Assembly: GCA_973895155.1 (NCBI GenBank)
Contig: OZ316899.1
Location: 3,493,455-3,557,454 of the forward strand
From: Marsupella aquatica
Taxonomy: Eukaryota; Plantae; Marchantiophyta
Direction: 5' to 3'
DNA: 64,000 bases
Below are positions 38,195 to 51,260 of the stretch, piece by piece; position 1 is the stretch's first letter; the number at the start of each line of letters is the position of its first letter. The notes under the pieces are model-generated. The model had not been told where the DNA came from and searched no databases. It worked only from the letters and a program-made list of their open reading frames with translations. Position numbers and translations under genes: made by a program.

Positions 38195-38590
38195 TTGGGG
38201 ACCATAGTTTCGGGATGATGATTCCATAGTTTAGGGACCGGGCGGAAGGGACGACTATAGTTTCAGTTTAGGTTTGTTCGGGACGACGAGAGTTGGGGAC
38301 GTCGATAGTTGAGGACGACGATAGTTTTGGGAGGACGATAGAACGGGACGATAGAACGGGACGATAGAACGGGATGATAGAACGGGAGGGGAGACTTTGT
38401 TTCGGGAGGATGATAGAACGTGACGATAGAACGGGATGATAGTTCGTTTGGGAAGACTTTGTTTCGGGAAGATGATAGAACGGGACGTTAGAGCAGGGCG
38501 ATAGAACGGGACCATACCTGTTACCAAGGCGAAGATAGTTTCGGGAGGCAATAGAACGAGACGATGATAGTTTGATGGTCGTTTCGGAAC
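38195..38590. repeat. Minisatellite of GATAGAACGGGAC (13 bp) and GATAGTTTCGGGA variants
   Basis: Direct tandem and interspersed copies are clearly visible. Confidence 0.85.
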
Positions 38591-38722
38591 GGTAGTGTAC
38601 GCGGACCTTTATCTGGCGTCTTAGTCTTTGCGGACCTTTCTTTGACCTTTGTCGGCTATAGCACTCGCGGACGACGTTCTTACGGGAGGAGAGGTTACAT
38701 ATTAGATCGGGATCTTTGAAAC

Positions 38723-39184
38723 ATGGCGAGTCAGTATGAGCCAATGGATTGGGAGGCAGCTTTTTGTCCTTCTCGTGTGCGTCCGGAAGAGAGCCATTTC
38801 AGCTCTTTTGAATCGCGGATGGAAACTGAAGAAACTGAAACTTCCACTTTTTGCAACCGTCATGCTCTACCGTATGATGAGGCTATTAGTCCTGGAGAGA
38901 AGAACATCCCTTGGATTGTCGATTCCCCTGCGCCTCCGTTCTCTAGTCGGTTTTCGTCTCACCCGGGAGTTCTTGTTGATGGGGTACTCCCAATCGATCG
39001 AAGAGTACAAGAAATGTTTGGGCGAGTTGATTTTAAGGACAGTAATATTCCTAATGAACATTTTACGAGGGCTGTTCGTCGAGGACCTTCAGAGGGATAT
39101 GTTCGTTTGCGTGGTCTCGGCTTCAAGAAAGATCGGCGGAGAGAAGCAGCAGGAGTGGATGATGATTGCAACTCGGAAAGCTAG
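38723..39184 (+). CDS. Hypothetical 153-aa MULE ORF
   Basis: ATG-initiated, natural-looking composition, no recognised domain. Confidence 0.4.
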   Translation: MASQYEPMDWEAAFCPSRVRPEESHFSSFESRMETEETETSTFCNRHALPYDEAISPGEKNIPWIVDSPAPPFSSRFSSHPGVLVDGVLPIDRRVQEMFGRVDFKDSNIPNEHFTRAVRRGPSEGYVRLRGLGFKKDRRREAAGVDDDCNSES

Positions 39185-39893
39185 ATGGAAATTTCGTTTT
39201 GCTGATCGCTTTAAGCTAGCGTCAGGCGCTGCTAAAGTTTTCCGGATTTTGTGGCATTGAAGTCGACCTCAGCTCTGGCGTTAGAGTTTTCCCGGTTGTC
39301 TACTATTTAGGTTTTGGCTAGCGCCGGGCGCTATTGAAACGACAACGGATTTTGTGGGAGGGAATGGATCTTGACTATGTTGTCTGGGTTTGGACGCATC
39401 TTGTCTCCAAGAAACGACTAGTTTTCTAGTTAGTTTTTGGCTAGCGCCGAGCGCTGTTCATGTATTAGTCGAAAACCTCCGACGGTGTCGACCATGACTT
39501 CATGGATGGGATTTTTAGGCCAGATTGTTGATGTTGATAACTGCATTTTGTATCACTTAAGCCGAGCGCATTTTCTATTTTGCGATAATATATGCGAATG
39601 TTTTTCCCGGCCTTTCTTTTCTACTTGTATTTGTCTTGGATTTTGTGTATCTCAATTGGCAGCCGTCTTTTATGTTTCAAAAAATTGTTTCCTTGTTGTT
39701 CTTTTATTTATCACGAGGGTTTGGTGGTTTTGTTTTCTATTCTTGTACTTTCAAATGGAGATTTTGAGACCTTTTTTTAAGATAACTGTTCACGACCATC
39801 CAAACACTGTTCACTGGTAACAGCTCCTTTTAACTGGTACCAGAATCTGTTTCCTGTTACTGTTATCTGTTTGCTGTCATTTGTAAATTCCCC

Positions 39894-42058
39894 GCAGTAT
39901 TTGCGAAGGCATCGAAACATGCTAAATACCTAAGGAAAACCTTCATGAGATGCAGAGAGGTAGGTCTCAAGTTACATCCAGATAAATGTTTCTTTGGGGT
40001 AACAGAAGGTGTGCTACTAGGTCACAAGGTATCAAAGAAGGGCATCGAGATTGACAAGGGTAAGCTAGCAGTATGGCTTGACATCATGCAACCTAAGAAC
40101 ATAAAGGATGTAAGATCCTTCTTGGGTTGCATTGGGTACTATCGCCGGTTTATTAAAGATTTTGCCAAACTAGCTTTACCATTAACCAACATGCTCAAGG
40201 CAGGCGCAGACTTTGAACCCACACCAGAAAGAGTAACAGCTGTGGTGGAATTAAAGCAAAAGTTAGTGGAAGCCCCAGTCATGATAGCACCAGACTGGAA
40301 CAAGGAATTTCATGTCTTTATAGATGTCTCAGGCTTCTGTATCGGCTCAGTACTAAGTCAGTTGGATGAGAAAGGGAGGGACCATCCCATATACTTTGCA
40401 AGCCGTCAGCTTGCCGATGCCGAACGGAACTACTCCACCACAGAAAGAGAAGCATTAGGAGTCATTTATTCATGTAAAAAGTTTAGGCATTATTTGCTAG
40501 GGTACAAGGTAATCTTTCATACCGATCATGAAAGTTTGAAGTACCTAGTAAATAAGCTGGACCTTACAGGCAGGGTAGCAAGATGGATTTTGCTATTACA
40601 GGAGTTTGACTACGAGTTAAAGATCAAACCGGGGAAGCTACACGCCAATGCCGACTTCTTTTCAAGGATCACAGGTGAACCTGCCATGGATTGCATCGAT
40701 GATCGATTCCCCAACGAGGAGCTATTCGTTGTGGAAATAGCTGATACATGGTACTCGGAGATTTTGCAATTTCTCAGCACGACCAGATTACAGCCAGGGC
40801 TAACCCGAGAACAAGCCGCAGTCTTTCTGTGGAAGGTCAGACAGTATCAGTACATTAAGGGTGTACTACACAGGTATGGAATCAGCAGCACTTTTCAAAG
40901 GTGTTTAGAAAAGGGAGAGGTAAAACGAGTCTTACGGGCTATGCATGGAGAAGAGGCCGGAGGACATTTTGCCCCAGTAACCACTTCTAAAAAATATTAA
41001 ATGCCGGTTACTGGTGGCCCACCTTGCACAAGGATGTCTATCAATTCATCAAACAATGTGATCCCTGTCAACGAGCAGGAGGACCAAGGGCGTCTACAAG
41101 ACATCCACTGCACCCTATTCTACCTCTGGCACCATTTGAGAAGTGGGGTATTGATTACATTGGACCGCTGAAACCATTAACCTATCCTCGGAGAAACAAG
41201 TATATAATCCTGGCCACGGATTATGCAACTAAGTGGGTGGAGGCCAGACCGACAATGAAGGATGATGCAATTACTACAGCTCGATTTCTGTATGAGCAGA
41301 TCTTCACCAGGTATGGAGCACCCCTAGAATTAGTTAGTGATAGAGGAACCCATTTTCTGAATGATATAATTAGTCGTTTAAATGAGCAGTATTTAGTTAG
41401 ACATAGGCCTACTACTCCTTACCACCCAAAGGCAAATGGATTGACAGAACGAGCCAATGGGATTATAGGAAAGATATTGAACAAGACAGTAGCTCAGAAC
41501 AAACTCGATTGGGATGATAAATTGTTTGCTACTATTTTTGCTTACAATTTAGCCTATAAATCCACCACTGAATATACACCCTTTTTCTTAACCTTTGGAC
41601 AAGAAGCTCTGGTACCCATGCAACTTGAGATACCGACATTTCAAGTTACAATTGAGGAAAGAGTCTCAGAGGAGGAAAGCCTGAAAGAGCGAGAATATAG
41701 ATTAGAAGCTTTAGAGGAGGCAAGAATGATTTCAGCCGAGAGAGTAGAATATAGACATAATACCATGAAGCAGCAGTATGATAAAAAGTTGAAAGTAGTT
41801 AGTATTCACACAGGAGATCTTGTATTACTTTATGACAGTAGGTATAGTAGGTTTCCAGGGAAGCTTTACACTCGTTGGTTAGGACCTTTCAGGGTATCAA
41901 AGAAGTTCCCCAACGGCTCTGTGCAATTGACCAACATTACCGGAGAGGTGTACCCAGTTCGTATTCACTACGACCGCCTCAAGAAATACTATATGGACGA
42001 AGATGAAGTTGTTCGCGAGGACGCTTCACAATTAAGTGGGGAGCTATGTGATGCCTAG
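39894..42058 (+). pseudogene. pol of B, 3' part (RT thumb, RNase H, integrase)
   Basis: FLGCIGYYRRFIKDFA, FIDVSGFCIGSVL, YFASRQL..AERNYSTTERE, HGEEAGGHF..CDPCQ, WGIDYIGP, VSDRGTHF and NGLTERAN. One frameshift at ~41000. Confidence 0.93.
42031..42046 (+). other. Polypurine tract of element B
   Basis: ATTAAGTGGGGAGCTA directly precedes the 3' LTR; a near-identical tract precedes LTR A3. Confidence 0.7.
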
Positions 42059-45000
42059 CCAGGAATCACTGGGCTAGTTTAAGGGGAAAAGGGAAGTGTA
42101 CCCTAGAAACACCTTAGTATAGTTACATAAATAAGGAAAATATAAACAATTAAGGGTGACTATGGAACCCGAGCCGAGGCCGGAAGTAAGGACGCCAGGG
42201 GAGAGAACACGATTAGGGTTAGGGCACGCTAAGTGCCGGCGGCTAGGGGTAACCAACGGGAGGGGGAACCAGAGGAGGAGAGGGGTAAGGACCGCTCGCG
42301 AGGAATAGTAGCTCATTTGCAAGCACGAATTGAGCAGGCGACTACGGGCGGCCAACTACTGTCAATTGCTTAGGCAAGCGCTCAGGGTGGGAACAGATAC
42401 CGACTATCAACTCGAGAAGGGTATGAGCAACGTCAATCAAGCGGCACATTTTTGGGGATGCCTGTTCGAACGGGCAACTCAGTACATTGGGACTTACAAG
42501 GACGCAGAATCGGAGAGAGCAGCTCGAGAACGGCAGGAGCTCGCCCGATTGTGGGAGCTGCAGAAAGCTGCCTTCTTAGGAGGAAAACTCATCAAGGCTG
42601 AATTCCTGTGGATGCCTACTGGCAACGAGCTAGACGACCTGCTGTTTTGCAAAGACAGAGTCGTCGGCATCCAAGAAGCCATCAAACGCTGCAACGACAT
42701 ACACTGGGAGTTGAAGGGTAGCACGGAGGGGTGGACAAAGGCAACCGTGCTAGGAGAGACATCCACGATAGCCGAGATGAAGAGGAAGGGGAACAACAAC
42801 AAAGAGGCCACCCCGGCAAAAAGAACGCGGTCGGCGGCACCAAAGAAGCCAGCAAAACAACAGAGCAGGAGGCAAAGAGAAGCCGAGGAGGAGGAGGTTG
42901 ACCCCATCAATGCCATTCCAACAAACTATGACACCTGGAAAGGCTGGGCGGCGACCCTACCGGAGGAAGTGCAATTACACTTTGCACGGGAGGAGGATGC
43001 ATGCTTTACAACCATGCAGACCAAGAAGTACCAAGGCTTCATGGCCGAATCCGGCTTGGAAGCCTTCGTAAGATTACCATGGCTGAAGCCGGAGGTGCCG
43101 GACTCAAACTTGTTAGAATTCGTGGGATCATGGGAACCCGAGACCAATTCCACGAGGGTGTATGGGAAGGATTTCTATCTCACTCCCCGGGTGATTGCTG
43201 AAGTGTTTGGCTTGCCGATGGGTAATAAGACCAAGGTTGATACCAGGAAGACCTTACCTGACAAGGAGTTTCGGTCGTTCCCAGGACCATCAACAAAGAA
43301 TGGCTTCTTCCGGAACACCTGCACCAACCCGCACATCAGAGAGATGATCGATTTCTTGCGGGTGACCATGCACTGTAACTTGCCGAGGGCAGAGATCGGC
43401 AAGGCTCAGGTCTACCTGGCAGAAAGGCCAGACCCAAGCCGGGATTACAACGGGTACCTCCTCAACCAACTAAAGAAGATCTTGAAGGAGGAACAGCAGG
43501 TGATTGGCGTGGGAAGTGTGTCCCGGCTTGGCTATCACATGCCGCTGTTGTGCCGGTATGCCAGAAGTCAAATCTTTGCCCCAGTACTTCCCCTATCGAC
43601 AAGAGCACCGGAGGAGGTCCCGGAGCAGAGGCCGGCACCAGAGAAGCCCAACCAGCCCGACAGTCCGACGATCGAGCAGGTGTTTAGACCAAGGAAAGAA
43701 GACTTGCCGATGCAGCAGCCAGGCATGCAGAATCTGCTGAAATTGCTGGAGAACGGTTCCGGCAACGGCAACAGAACCGGCACCGATACAGGATGCTGCC
43801 CCACAAGCCGACCTAAGCCGGCTTACAAGGGAAAACCCCTTTACTGGAGTCAAGGAGAGAGGGAGGCCGGAACACGAGCCGGGAGTCCGGATGTATGTAG
43901 GAGCCTCAAGTCCCGAAGCCGAGGAAAAGCAGGCCGTAGCTCCCGGCCACGACAAGGAGAACAAGAGATCAACACGGAAGCCGGAGGAGGAACCAAGACC
44001 GGTGAGAGGTGAAGCCGTGTTCACAACAAAACCAGGAGAACAGCGGGAGAAGCCGGTAGTCCAAGTCGAGGAGGAGGCAGTAGAGGACTACAGCAATGAT
44101 GACTCCGGCTACGGGTCGGATCATCATGTTCCAGGAGTAAGGACCTGTGGCCGGTTCATCCCCACGCTCCCAAGAGTAGTTCGAGGAGACCCAAGCCAGC
44201 AGAGCAGCCCCGAGTCTCCCCCACCAGATGTCGCTCCCCCGAGCTTTGACGGCATAAAACAGACGGCGCAGGAATTTCAGGAGCAAATCAGGGAGGAAGA
44301 GGAGGCAGCCCTGGCTAGGGAAAAGGATTTACCAGGAGGAGAATGGCCAGAGGACATCAGGCGGCTTGCAGAAAAACAAAGCAACCCTCTTGCCACCGTA
44401 GAAGAAATCCGCAAGACGGCTTGGGAGCAGAGGCCGCGGTGGTTGATGCCGATGACTTCTAGTTACTCCACCTATGCTAAGGATAGAGCCATGGAGTACG
44501 GGGAAATGTGTGGAGAGCTGGCGCTCAGCATCTTTGGGGAGGAGTTGGAGCAAGGACCCTTTTTCTAGAGGGAGATGTTGGAGAAGCGCCAATTAGAAGA
44601 AGCGGTGGCTTTGGAAAGAAGCAAGAAGGACGAGGTCATCCGTCGGCTTAGGGCAAGAGAAGCCGAAATCAAAGACCTGGGGGCGGCCACGAAAGCCCAA
44701 GATGAGCTGCGGATTAAGCGGCATGAGCTAAATATCATGCAGGGCCAATTGGATACCGCACAATCTGATAATCGGATTATCGAGAATAAACTGACTCGAA
44801 CCCAAGGAGAGTTGGCCAATGCGATCAAGGAGCGAGAGAAGTGGAAGCGAGAGCTGAGGGATGCAGAGGAGGCCCACATAACGGCCAACAACCGGGCCAT
44901 GGCGGAGACCCAGAGAAGGGAAAGGGCATTGAAGGGGGAGCTCGAGGTTATCCGCGGAGCCCTTGAGAAGAAGGAGGCCGAGTTAGGGAAATCCTATCAA

Positions 45001-46800
45001 GGGATTATTGCGCTGCAGCAGGAGCTTGCGTCCCTGACGGCCAGCTTCAAAGCCGACCTGCGTGAGAAGGACAATATGCTCGATCAGACTTATGCCAAGA
45101 TGAACCAGATGGAGTCTGTCATCATTGCAGAGCTCGACAAGGAGTTAAGAGCGACCCAGGAGGAGAGAGCTGCGTTTAAAAAGGAATTGGAGGAAGCCCA
45201 GAAGGAGCTGGAGGAGGCGCGCAAGGACCTGGACAAAGTGCAGGAGGAGTTGGAGGAAAGCACGCGGAAGCTAGAGAACTTACAACGACGAGCCGAGGAC
45301 CAAACAGAGCGGCTGAAGAAACAAGCCGCAGTATTTAAGTGCTTGGCTTCATCAGGGCCAACTCAAATTGAGGCCACTAAGTTACCAGGAGTGGTACTGG
45401 CCGAAGGACAAACCGCGCCATTTGCACCAGTGCCGGAAGTAAGTGAGAAGGGGAAGGGGCCAGCTGCCGAACCAGAAAAGAAGAAGAAACGGAAACCTTC
45501 AGGGTCAAGGAGTAATACGACTCCACAGGCCGTGGTGACCATGGAGGTAAACCCAGCACCGACCTCAGGCAGGATTACGACAGAGGATCCAACTACCCTA
45601 GAAGGGGATGACAAAGCCAAGGCCAGGATACTCGATAATGAAGCCAAGGTACCCAATCTGCCACTTAAGTGTGCAGGGGAGGCCGTAGCCGAGGCTGAGG
45701 CCGTAGCCGAGGCTGAGGCCGTAGCCGAGGCTGATGTTGAAGCCGATACCGTAGCCGATGTCGGGGGTGGACCTAGTCAGGCCGATGGAGAGTTGACTCA
45801 GTCAAGGATAGGTAATCTGTCAGAGAACAAACCTATGGCAGTGGCTGAGGCGGAAGCATTGGGGGCGTCCACTGAGGGACAGACACCGCTGCCATGACGG
45901 TGGTGGAGGGCCGCTCCTTTCAAGGAGGGCGGACGTGGAGGGAGGAGGCGTGAGTGGGCAGGGCGGGCTCAGATCTCTAAGTTTAGGATTAGGATCAGGA
46001 CCAGGAGGCGGCCCTGACAATTAGCTTAGTGGGATTGCGGTTCCACTGGTAAGAGCAACACTTGTACTCCTGCCTCGCTGTACATAGGTAGATTCAGTTA
46101 GGTAGATTAGGCTTACGCTGCAAAGAATTAGGCGGATCCACTACCAGGATAAGTACCTGGGCAGCGGGGAGCTCAGGGCCTCTTCTTTAGCAAGTTTTTA
46201 GTTGCACCAGCCGGGCTAGGATCAAGTAGTAAGAGAAGCTCTCGGTTAGTCATACAATGACCCTTGTGTATATTCATGTTTCCTCATGCCTAAGAGCTGA
46301 ATAGAGTTGGCCTCACGGCTTAGTTCGCAGAGCTTGTGTATGAGATGTACTGTTTGTATGGCAAGTGCATGGTATGACTCAGTCAGAAGGAGTCATTTTG
46401 CTATTTGTGTGTCGCATTAACTTGTGTGAAGAGTGCCCACATCAACTAATAGATGAAGGAAAGTAAGCAAGGGAGTGAGAGTTGGATGTGTCAAGCTGAG
46501 AGAGGTCTTAGCGGCTTAACCAAGCCTATTGGGGATCATTCCGGCGGCGGAATCCAAATATACCTAACAAGAAGGAGGGGAAGACAAGGGAAGGCCTAGA
46601 TTAGGCCGGCTACGTATCTCATGACCCGATGAAGGATCTGTCCAGTATATGTGTGTAAAATGTTAATAGTAGTAGTAGAGGGAGGTTAGCAGCGTCCCAT
46701 GCCACTAAGCCACGAAAACGGCCTCGCCAAGCGCGAAACCTGCGGGAATCGGCTTGTGAAGGGGGTTTCTAAGGTTTAGGGAGCCATGGGACGCACCACA
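42047..46800 (+). repeat. 3' LTR of element B (4754 bp)
   Basis: Matches the 5' LTR. The 19-bp length difference is accounted for by an 18-bp tandem duplication (~45690-45725) and one extra base near 45490. Confidence 0.95.
42330..45897 (+). pseudogene. Long ORF(s) inside the B 3' LTR
   Basis: ORFs 42330-44012, 43891-44568 and 44575-45897; TAG at 44566 where the 5' copy has CAG. Confidence 0.7.
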
Positions 46801-46805
46801 CATAC

Positions 46806-48359
46806 TCGGCTGCAGGGGAGGAATATGTCCCTCACAGAGGAGTGGCTCAGGATGATCTTTGGGCTACCCGAGGGCGATCACCGAGTTGAATCACGGGCTC
46901 TCGGGGGCAAGGGAGCCAAGTACCAATCCTCAAGTTTTCCCTCCAAGGGGTCAATGGACAACGGGTTTGTGATGAGGACCTGCCTCATCCCCAAGATAGC
47001 TGAGCGGTTGGAGTTCCAAAGGTAAGCCCTCCACATGATGGAACCCGGGGTGAGATCTCTGCTGCCAAGGTTATCTAGGTCAAGAACTATTGACCTAGGA
47101 AGTGGGCTTTGTACTTCGCTAAGAAGTTCCATGAAGAGATGGAGCGGCAAAGGAAGTCGCTATACATTGGCAGGAAGGCGTATTTTGCGAGCCACATCAA
47201 GATCATTCTCGAGTGGTACGCCCGGTTTGATTGACGAACCCTTCCCCGGGTCAATGTAACTAAGTTGGTCCCGACTAAGTGGATCTTCCCAGCCTTGGAG
47301 AGACGGCCTCAACCCGAGGCCCAAAGTCCGGCGGCAACGCAGGCCTCACCCATCCAACCTCCATAGGTAGCGGTAGCCGTGGCCAAAGAAGTACCGGAAG
47401 AGGCAGTGATCGCAACCTTAGATGCGATCAACCAAGTCGGGCCTGGTGCAAAAGTTGGGGCGGTGGAGGCCTTGCCTGAGCTCGAGGGTCCAAAAGACCC
47501 ACTAGTGGCTATTCCAGAGGACGGCCCGATGGTGGAGGAGGACACTCCAGCCCCTTCCAACACTACATCCCCAGGGCTGGATGTCACTACCCCGGCTCCC
47601 ACTCGAGTTAATGTCTACCCGTGCCCAACTCCAGATGGGCATAACCTGGACCACCTAGAACTCTTCGTACCGGGTACATTTCTAAATGGGCTTTGGGGAG
47701 ATTTCTCCCAACAGATAGCCCGAGATACCGGGGAGTTCATGGCTTGGAAGGTAGCCTACTTCTTCAATCAGGAGTTGGTTACCGTAGTAAAAGCAGGTCG
47801 GGCTCAGTCGGAGGCCCTTCAGCGGATAGAGCGATACCGGGTTGAGTCCGTGTACCTAAAGGATGAAGTTGCAGCTCAAGAGGCTGAGCTTCTGCAACTA
47901 TGACCCAAGGTTGCAGTCGCCGATGAGTTGTTAGCAAATGCGCATGCCCTTACCGCCTTAGCCAAACAGGCCAAAGCCGAGAAGGAGGCCGAGATTGCAC
48001 GGCTCCAGACCTAAGTTGACAGTTTGAAGAACCAAACTGTCATCTGGCAAAAAGACCTAGAGGAGGCCGAAGAGCGGGCCCAGCATGACACTACGGAGAT
48101 TGCCACCCTGTAGGCCAAAGTGGCACGGCTTCAAGCCAAAGTCGAGAAATAGACCCAGGTGGTGGATAAGCTGACAAACAACGCCCAGCAACTGGAAGAG
48201 GCATGTTGGGAGGCAGCTGAGGAGACGGACGCGGCAAAGCGAGAAAATGAATCTTTGCTGGACCAAGTCCAGCTCCTCAAGGCGGACAACGACAGACTCC
48301 ATAGGCAGCAGGATGACCGCTCCCACTCGGATGGCTCTGGCAAGCGCACCAGACATTAG
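46806..48359 (+). pseudogene. LTR-internal ORF of A2, 3' part (conserved domain plus coiled coil)
   Basis: Continues T-RLQGRNMSLTEEWLRMIFGLP and ends ..GSGKRTRH, as in A3; multiple stops. Confidence 0.75.
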
Positions 48360-50689
48360 CGGAGGGTTAGGCTTAGAATAGACTTAGGAGTAGCTAAAAC
48401 AGGCTGGTAGGACAAGTGCCGGCCAGAAGATAGCGGCGCTGACACATTAGCCAGCCTGTGTAGAATAGGTTAGACTAATAGGACAAGCAAGCACCAACTT
48501 AGCAAGGATATAAGTTAGCATAGATTTGGGCACAAGGCCAGGCCGGTACTCAACCCTTAGTATTTAGCGGCCCCCCAGTAGAGGTTAGAGAGGGGGATTT
48601 TAGACTCAGAAGTTGGCCATTCGCAGTACGTACGGGGAGTCCTGAACTCGGTGAAGTACCGGAGTACCAAGGGGAGGGTATACGACTAAGCTCGTTGGGC
48701 GAGTGCGGAGCCGGGCTCCGTTGTAGTGTATACTCCTCGGCCTTGGGCCCGGTCGTTCACGAGGTGTCAGGTCAACCAATTGTAAAGTGTATGATCATAA
48801 ATGAATGAAATCCTTTCTCCTTAATTCCTTTGTGTAAATTGAGATTTCTGTTATGTATGTATGCATGTATGAGTCTCGTGTGCAAGTATCAATGTCGGGC
48901 CAAACATGTTATGCCAACCGTGCACGGGGTGCAGGATACGGGTACGGGGTTGCGAGCCCGGGTTGAGCTCTTGTACTAACGGATCCGGATCGAAGGCGGT
49001 AACACAAAGGCTTAGAAGTCCGTGAGCCGGGGTCGACCCCGTGTCGACTAAGGTACGTTCCGGCGGCATAACAGTACATAACAATAAGCGCACTTAGCGC
49101 TAGTTTACATGAATTAGGAGCATTCCGTGCGTCCCTCCCTGCCCAACCCTCATATTCACAAAGGATGTGCCTGTCTAAGCCAAAGCCCGGGTTAAGGCCT
49201 AGGCTGACGACGTGACAATATACTATTTGGGAATTTTGGCACCTAGGTTTCCACATCAATGGGTTTCAAAGGCGACCAGTACATTAAGTTTTTGAGTCAC
49301 TGGTTATTGTAAATGGTAATACATACTTGTGACAAGTATTTGTGTCATCAAAAAAGCATTTGGCCCCAAACTTCCTCCATCTTCTAAAATTGATTGGCGA
49401 GGGGATAATAATGTTAGAGAGGTATTATGGAACCTGGAGATTGACTCCATTACTACCCTCAACATCCCAGTAAAATTCCCGTTGTTGTCCCAAAGCCTTA
49501 TTTGCCGACCATGTGTCATCATGTCATGCCCGGGCCCTATCTTCCTTGGATCCCACAAAACAATGCCTGGCCACATTGGATCCCATTTTCCCATAAGAAA
49601 TTCAGACCTGGGTTTAGGGTCGCCCGTTCAGTCACACCGGTCACACAAGTCACAAGTTCACGTTGGGAGTTAAGGTACTCTCGTGAAGTTGAGCAGCGAG
49701 TGCAGGTGCGAGGTCACTACTGCAAGTTTGAGGTGCAAGGTCGCTGCTACAAGATCGGGGCTGGGCGGTGAGTTGAAGTGCGAGCTTGGTGCTGAGCAGT
49801 GAGTTGAGGTGCAAGGGCACTACTGTGAGGTCGCTGTGAGGTTGTTGATGTGAGGTTGCTGCTGTGAGGTTGCTACTGTATCAACCTATTCATTAAAAGA
49901 GTGGTTTTTTTTGTTCACAAATGAGTCTTGAAATGTACACTTTCATGGCCCCAAATGTACACTTTTGTGTCTCTAAATAATGTACACTTTATAGGCCAAA
50001 TCACATTAGTATTATATTATTAAACAATACATATTATATTATTTAATAATTCACAGAGAGTGGAGGATAGGAACTTATAAAAATATTTCATCCCCATTTA
50101 AGGACCATTGATACTGTGTGAACAAAATAACATCATTCCAAATAGATTATAAAATATTTTTATACAATTATCTGCAAATTTACAATGAGTACGAACACAT
50201 TTCTAGTACTATCCAAGGGGCTTAACATGAGTCAATGAAATATCTAAACCAAGTGCTCCGTACAATGTGTATTTGAGCATGTGCCCCTGTCTCCTTTCCT
50301 ATCTACCCTATTGTCACGGTTGCAACGCCCTTTATTTTCAGGGAGTTGAAATTTGGTGGTGTTGTTCCTAATGGCTATAATCTCCTGCAAAAAGTGTCTG
50401 GGATTTTCTCTATATGGACCTGAATAGTCCTTTCCTAAAAATGATTTAGCAAGTGAGTTGACAAGTGCATTGTCAAGTTCCTCCTCAGGACGTAAACTAC
50501 ATATATGGTGCTTTACATTCCAAGGGATCTCATTGTTGTTGAGGTCCAACACACTATGCGTAAAGTGTGACTTCCAAATTTTTGCTGCAAATTTCTTGCT
50601 AAGTTGATCATAAGTAATCTCATTTTTTGCCTTGTCTCTCTTCATGTGCAAAAGAGACCACTTTGGAGAGTTCAGAAGAAGATAACATC

Positions 50690-51260
50690 AAATGTCACTT
50701 GCATGTGAAAGTTTCTCAAGACATGGCCAAAGAATTGCTAGAAGAAAATTATCTCCACGATTGGCATGCGTGTAGGGCACTGGAAATAATCCGGTCATGT
50801 CTGGGTTGGCAAAGGCCTTAAGGGGGGAGTCATCCACAAGGAGGGTGTTGGTTTCATCATATAGATTTCCAAATGCATTCCATACCATCCAAAAATCCTT
50901 CAATAGCACATTTGCCTTTCCGTTTGTAATGTCACGCCTTTGAATGCTTGTGTCAAAAGCTTCCACCTGTGTGAATACAAACTGGAGTTTTGACCTCTCC
51001 TCATCAATGAACATCATGTTCAACATTTTCATTGTTCGCAGTATCCCAACACATGTCCAAATTGCAACGTCAAATTTGTCAAAACTTAAGAAACTCATGG
51101 ACCCCTGGTCATTTTGTATACATGCGACTAATACCATTTTTTTCTATCCCAATGCACTCCACTTGAGGTGACAATATTCCTGGATGTGCCCTTGCTTTGG
51201 AATTCAACAGAATCCCATAGTATTTTATTAAGGTCCAAAATCAGCAACTTCCGCTTGACG
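50690..51260 (-). other. FCP1/NIF-like phosphatase domain
   Basis: RKLLILDLNKIL (~51218-51255), (R)PGVHEFL, DVAIWT, LLKDFWMVW..Y..TNTLLVDDSPLKAFANP..GLFPVPY. Confidence 0.8.

Larger units (their letters stand above)
29010..39455. promoter_or_regulatory. Dispersed palindrome AGCGCC-N-GGCGCT, 15 copies in non-coding parts of the MULE
   Basis: Cores start at 29010, 30701, 30835, 33157, 33220, 33355, 33503, 33567, 34652, 36164, 37959, 38065, 39218, 39320 and 39443 (0-2 mismatches). Function is inferred. Confidence 0.7.
28416..39893. mobile_element. Mutator-like (MULE) DNA transposon, 11,478 bp, with cargo genes
   Basis: TSD GCAGTATT (28408-28415, 39894-39901); excision restores RT DFAVFAKASKH. 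Imperfect ~35-bp TIRs (GGGTATGATAGCCATGACAG.. vs GGGGAATTTACAAATGACAG..) and CTGTTACCAG subterminal repeats. Confidence 0.9.
19768..46800 (+). mobile_element. Full-length Ty3/gypsy (non-chromovirus, Athila/Tat-related) element B, 27 kb including the nested MULE
   Basis: Two near-identical TG...CA LTRs, 5-bp TSD CATAC (19763-19767, 46801-46805), PBS, gag-PR-RT-RH-INT and PPT. No chromodomain or extra RNase H seen. Confidence 0.95.
18231..49217 (+). mobile_element. Family-A solo LTR A2 (~3.95 kb net) split by element B
   Basis: TGTGATG start and ...CGTGACA end, flanked by TSD ATATA (18226-18230, 49218-49222). The two halves (18231-19767, 46801-49217) match LTR A3 end to end. Confidence 0.9.

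Noticed and set aside
41700-42058. Chromodomain or additional archaeal-type RNase H in B and A3 pol
   Set aside because: Integrase ends shortly after the GPF/Y module and runs into the PPT; no second RNase H motif set is seen.
49218-49900. Terminal inverted repeat of element D
   Set aside because: No partner end is in the window; the short GTGAGGT repeats at ~49690-49880 are not diagnostic.
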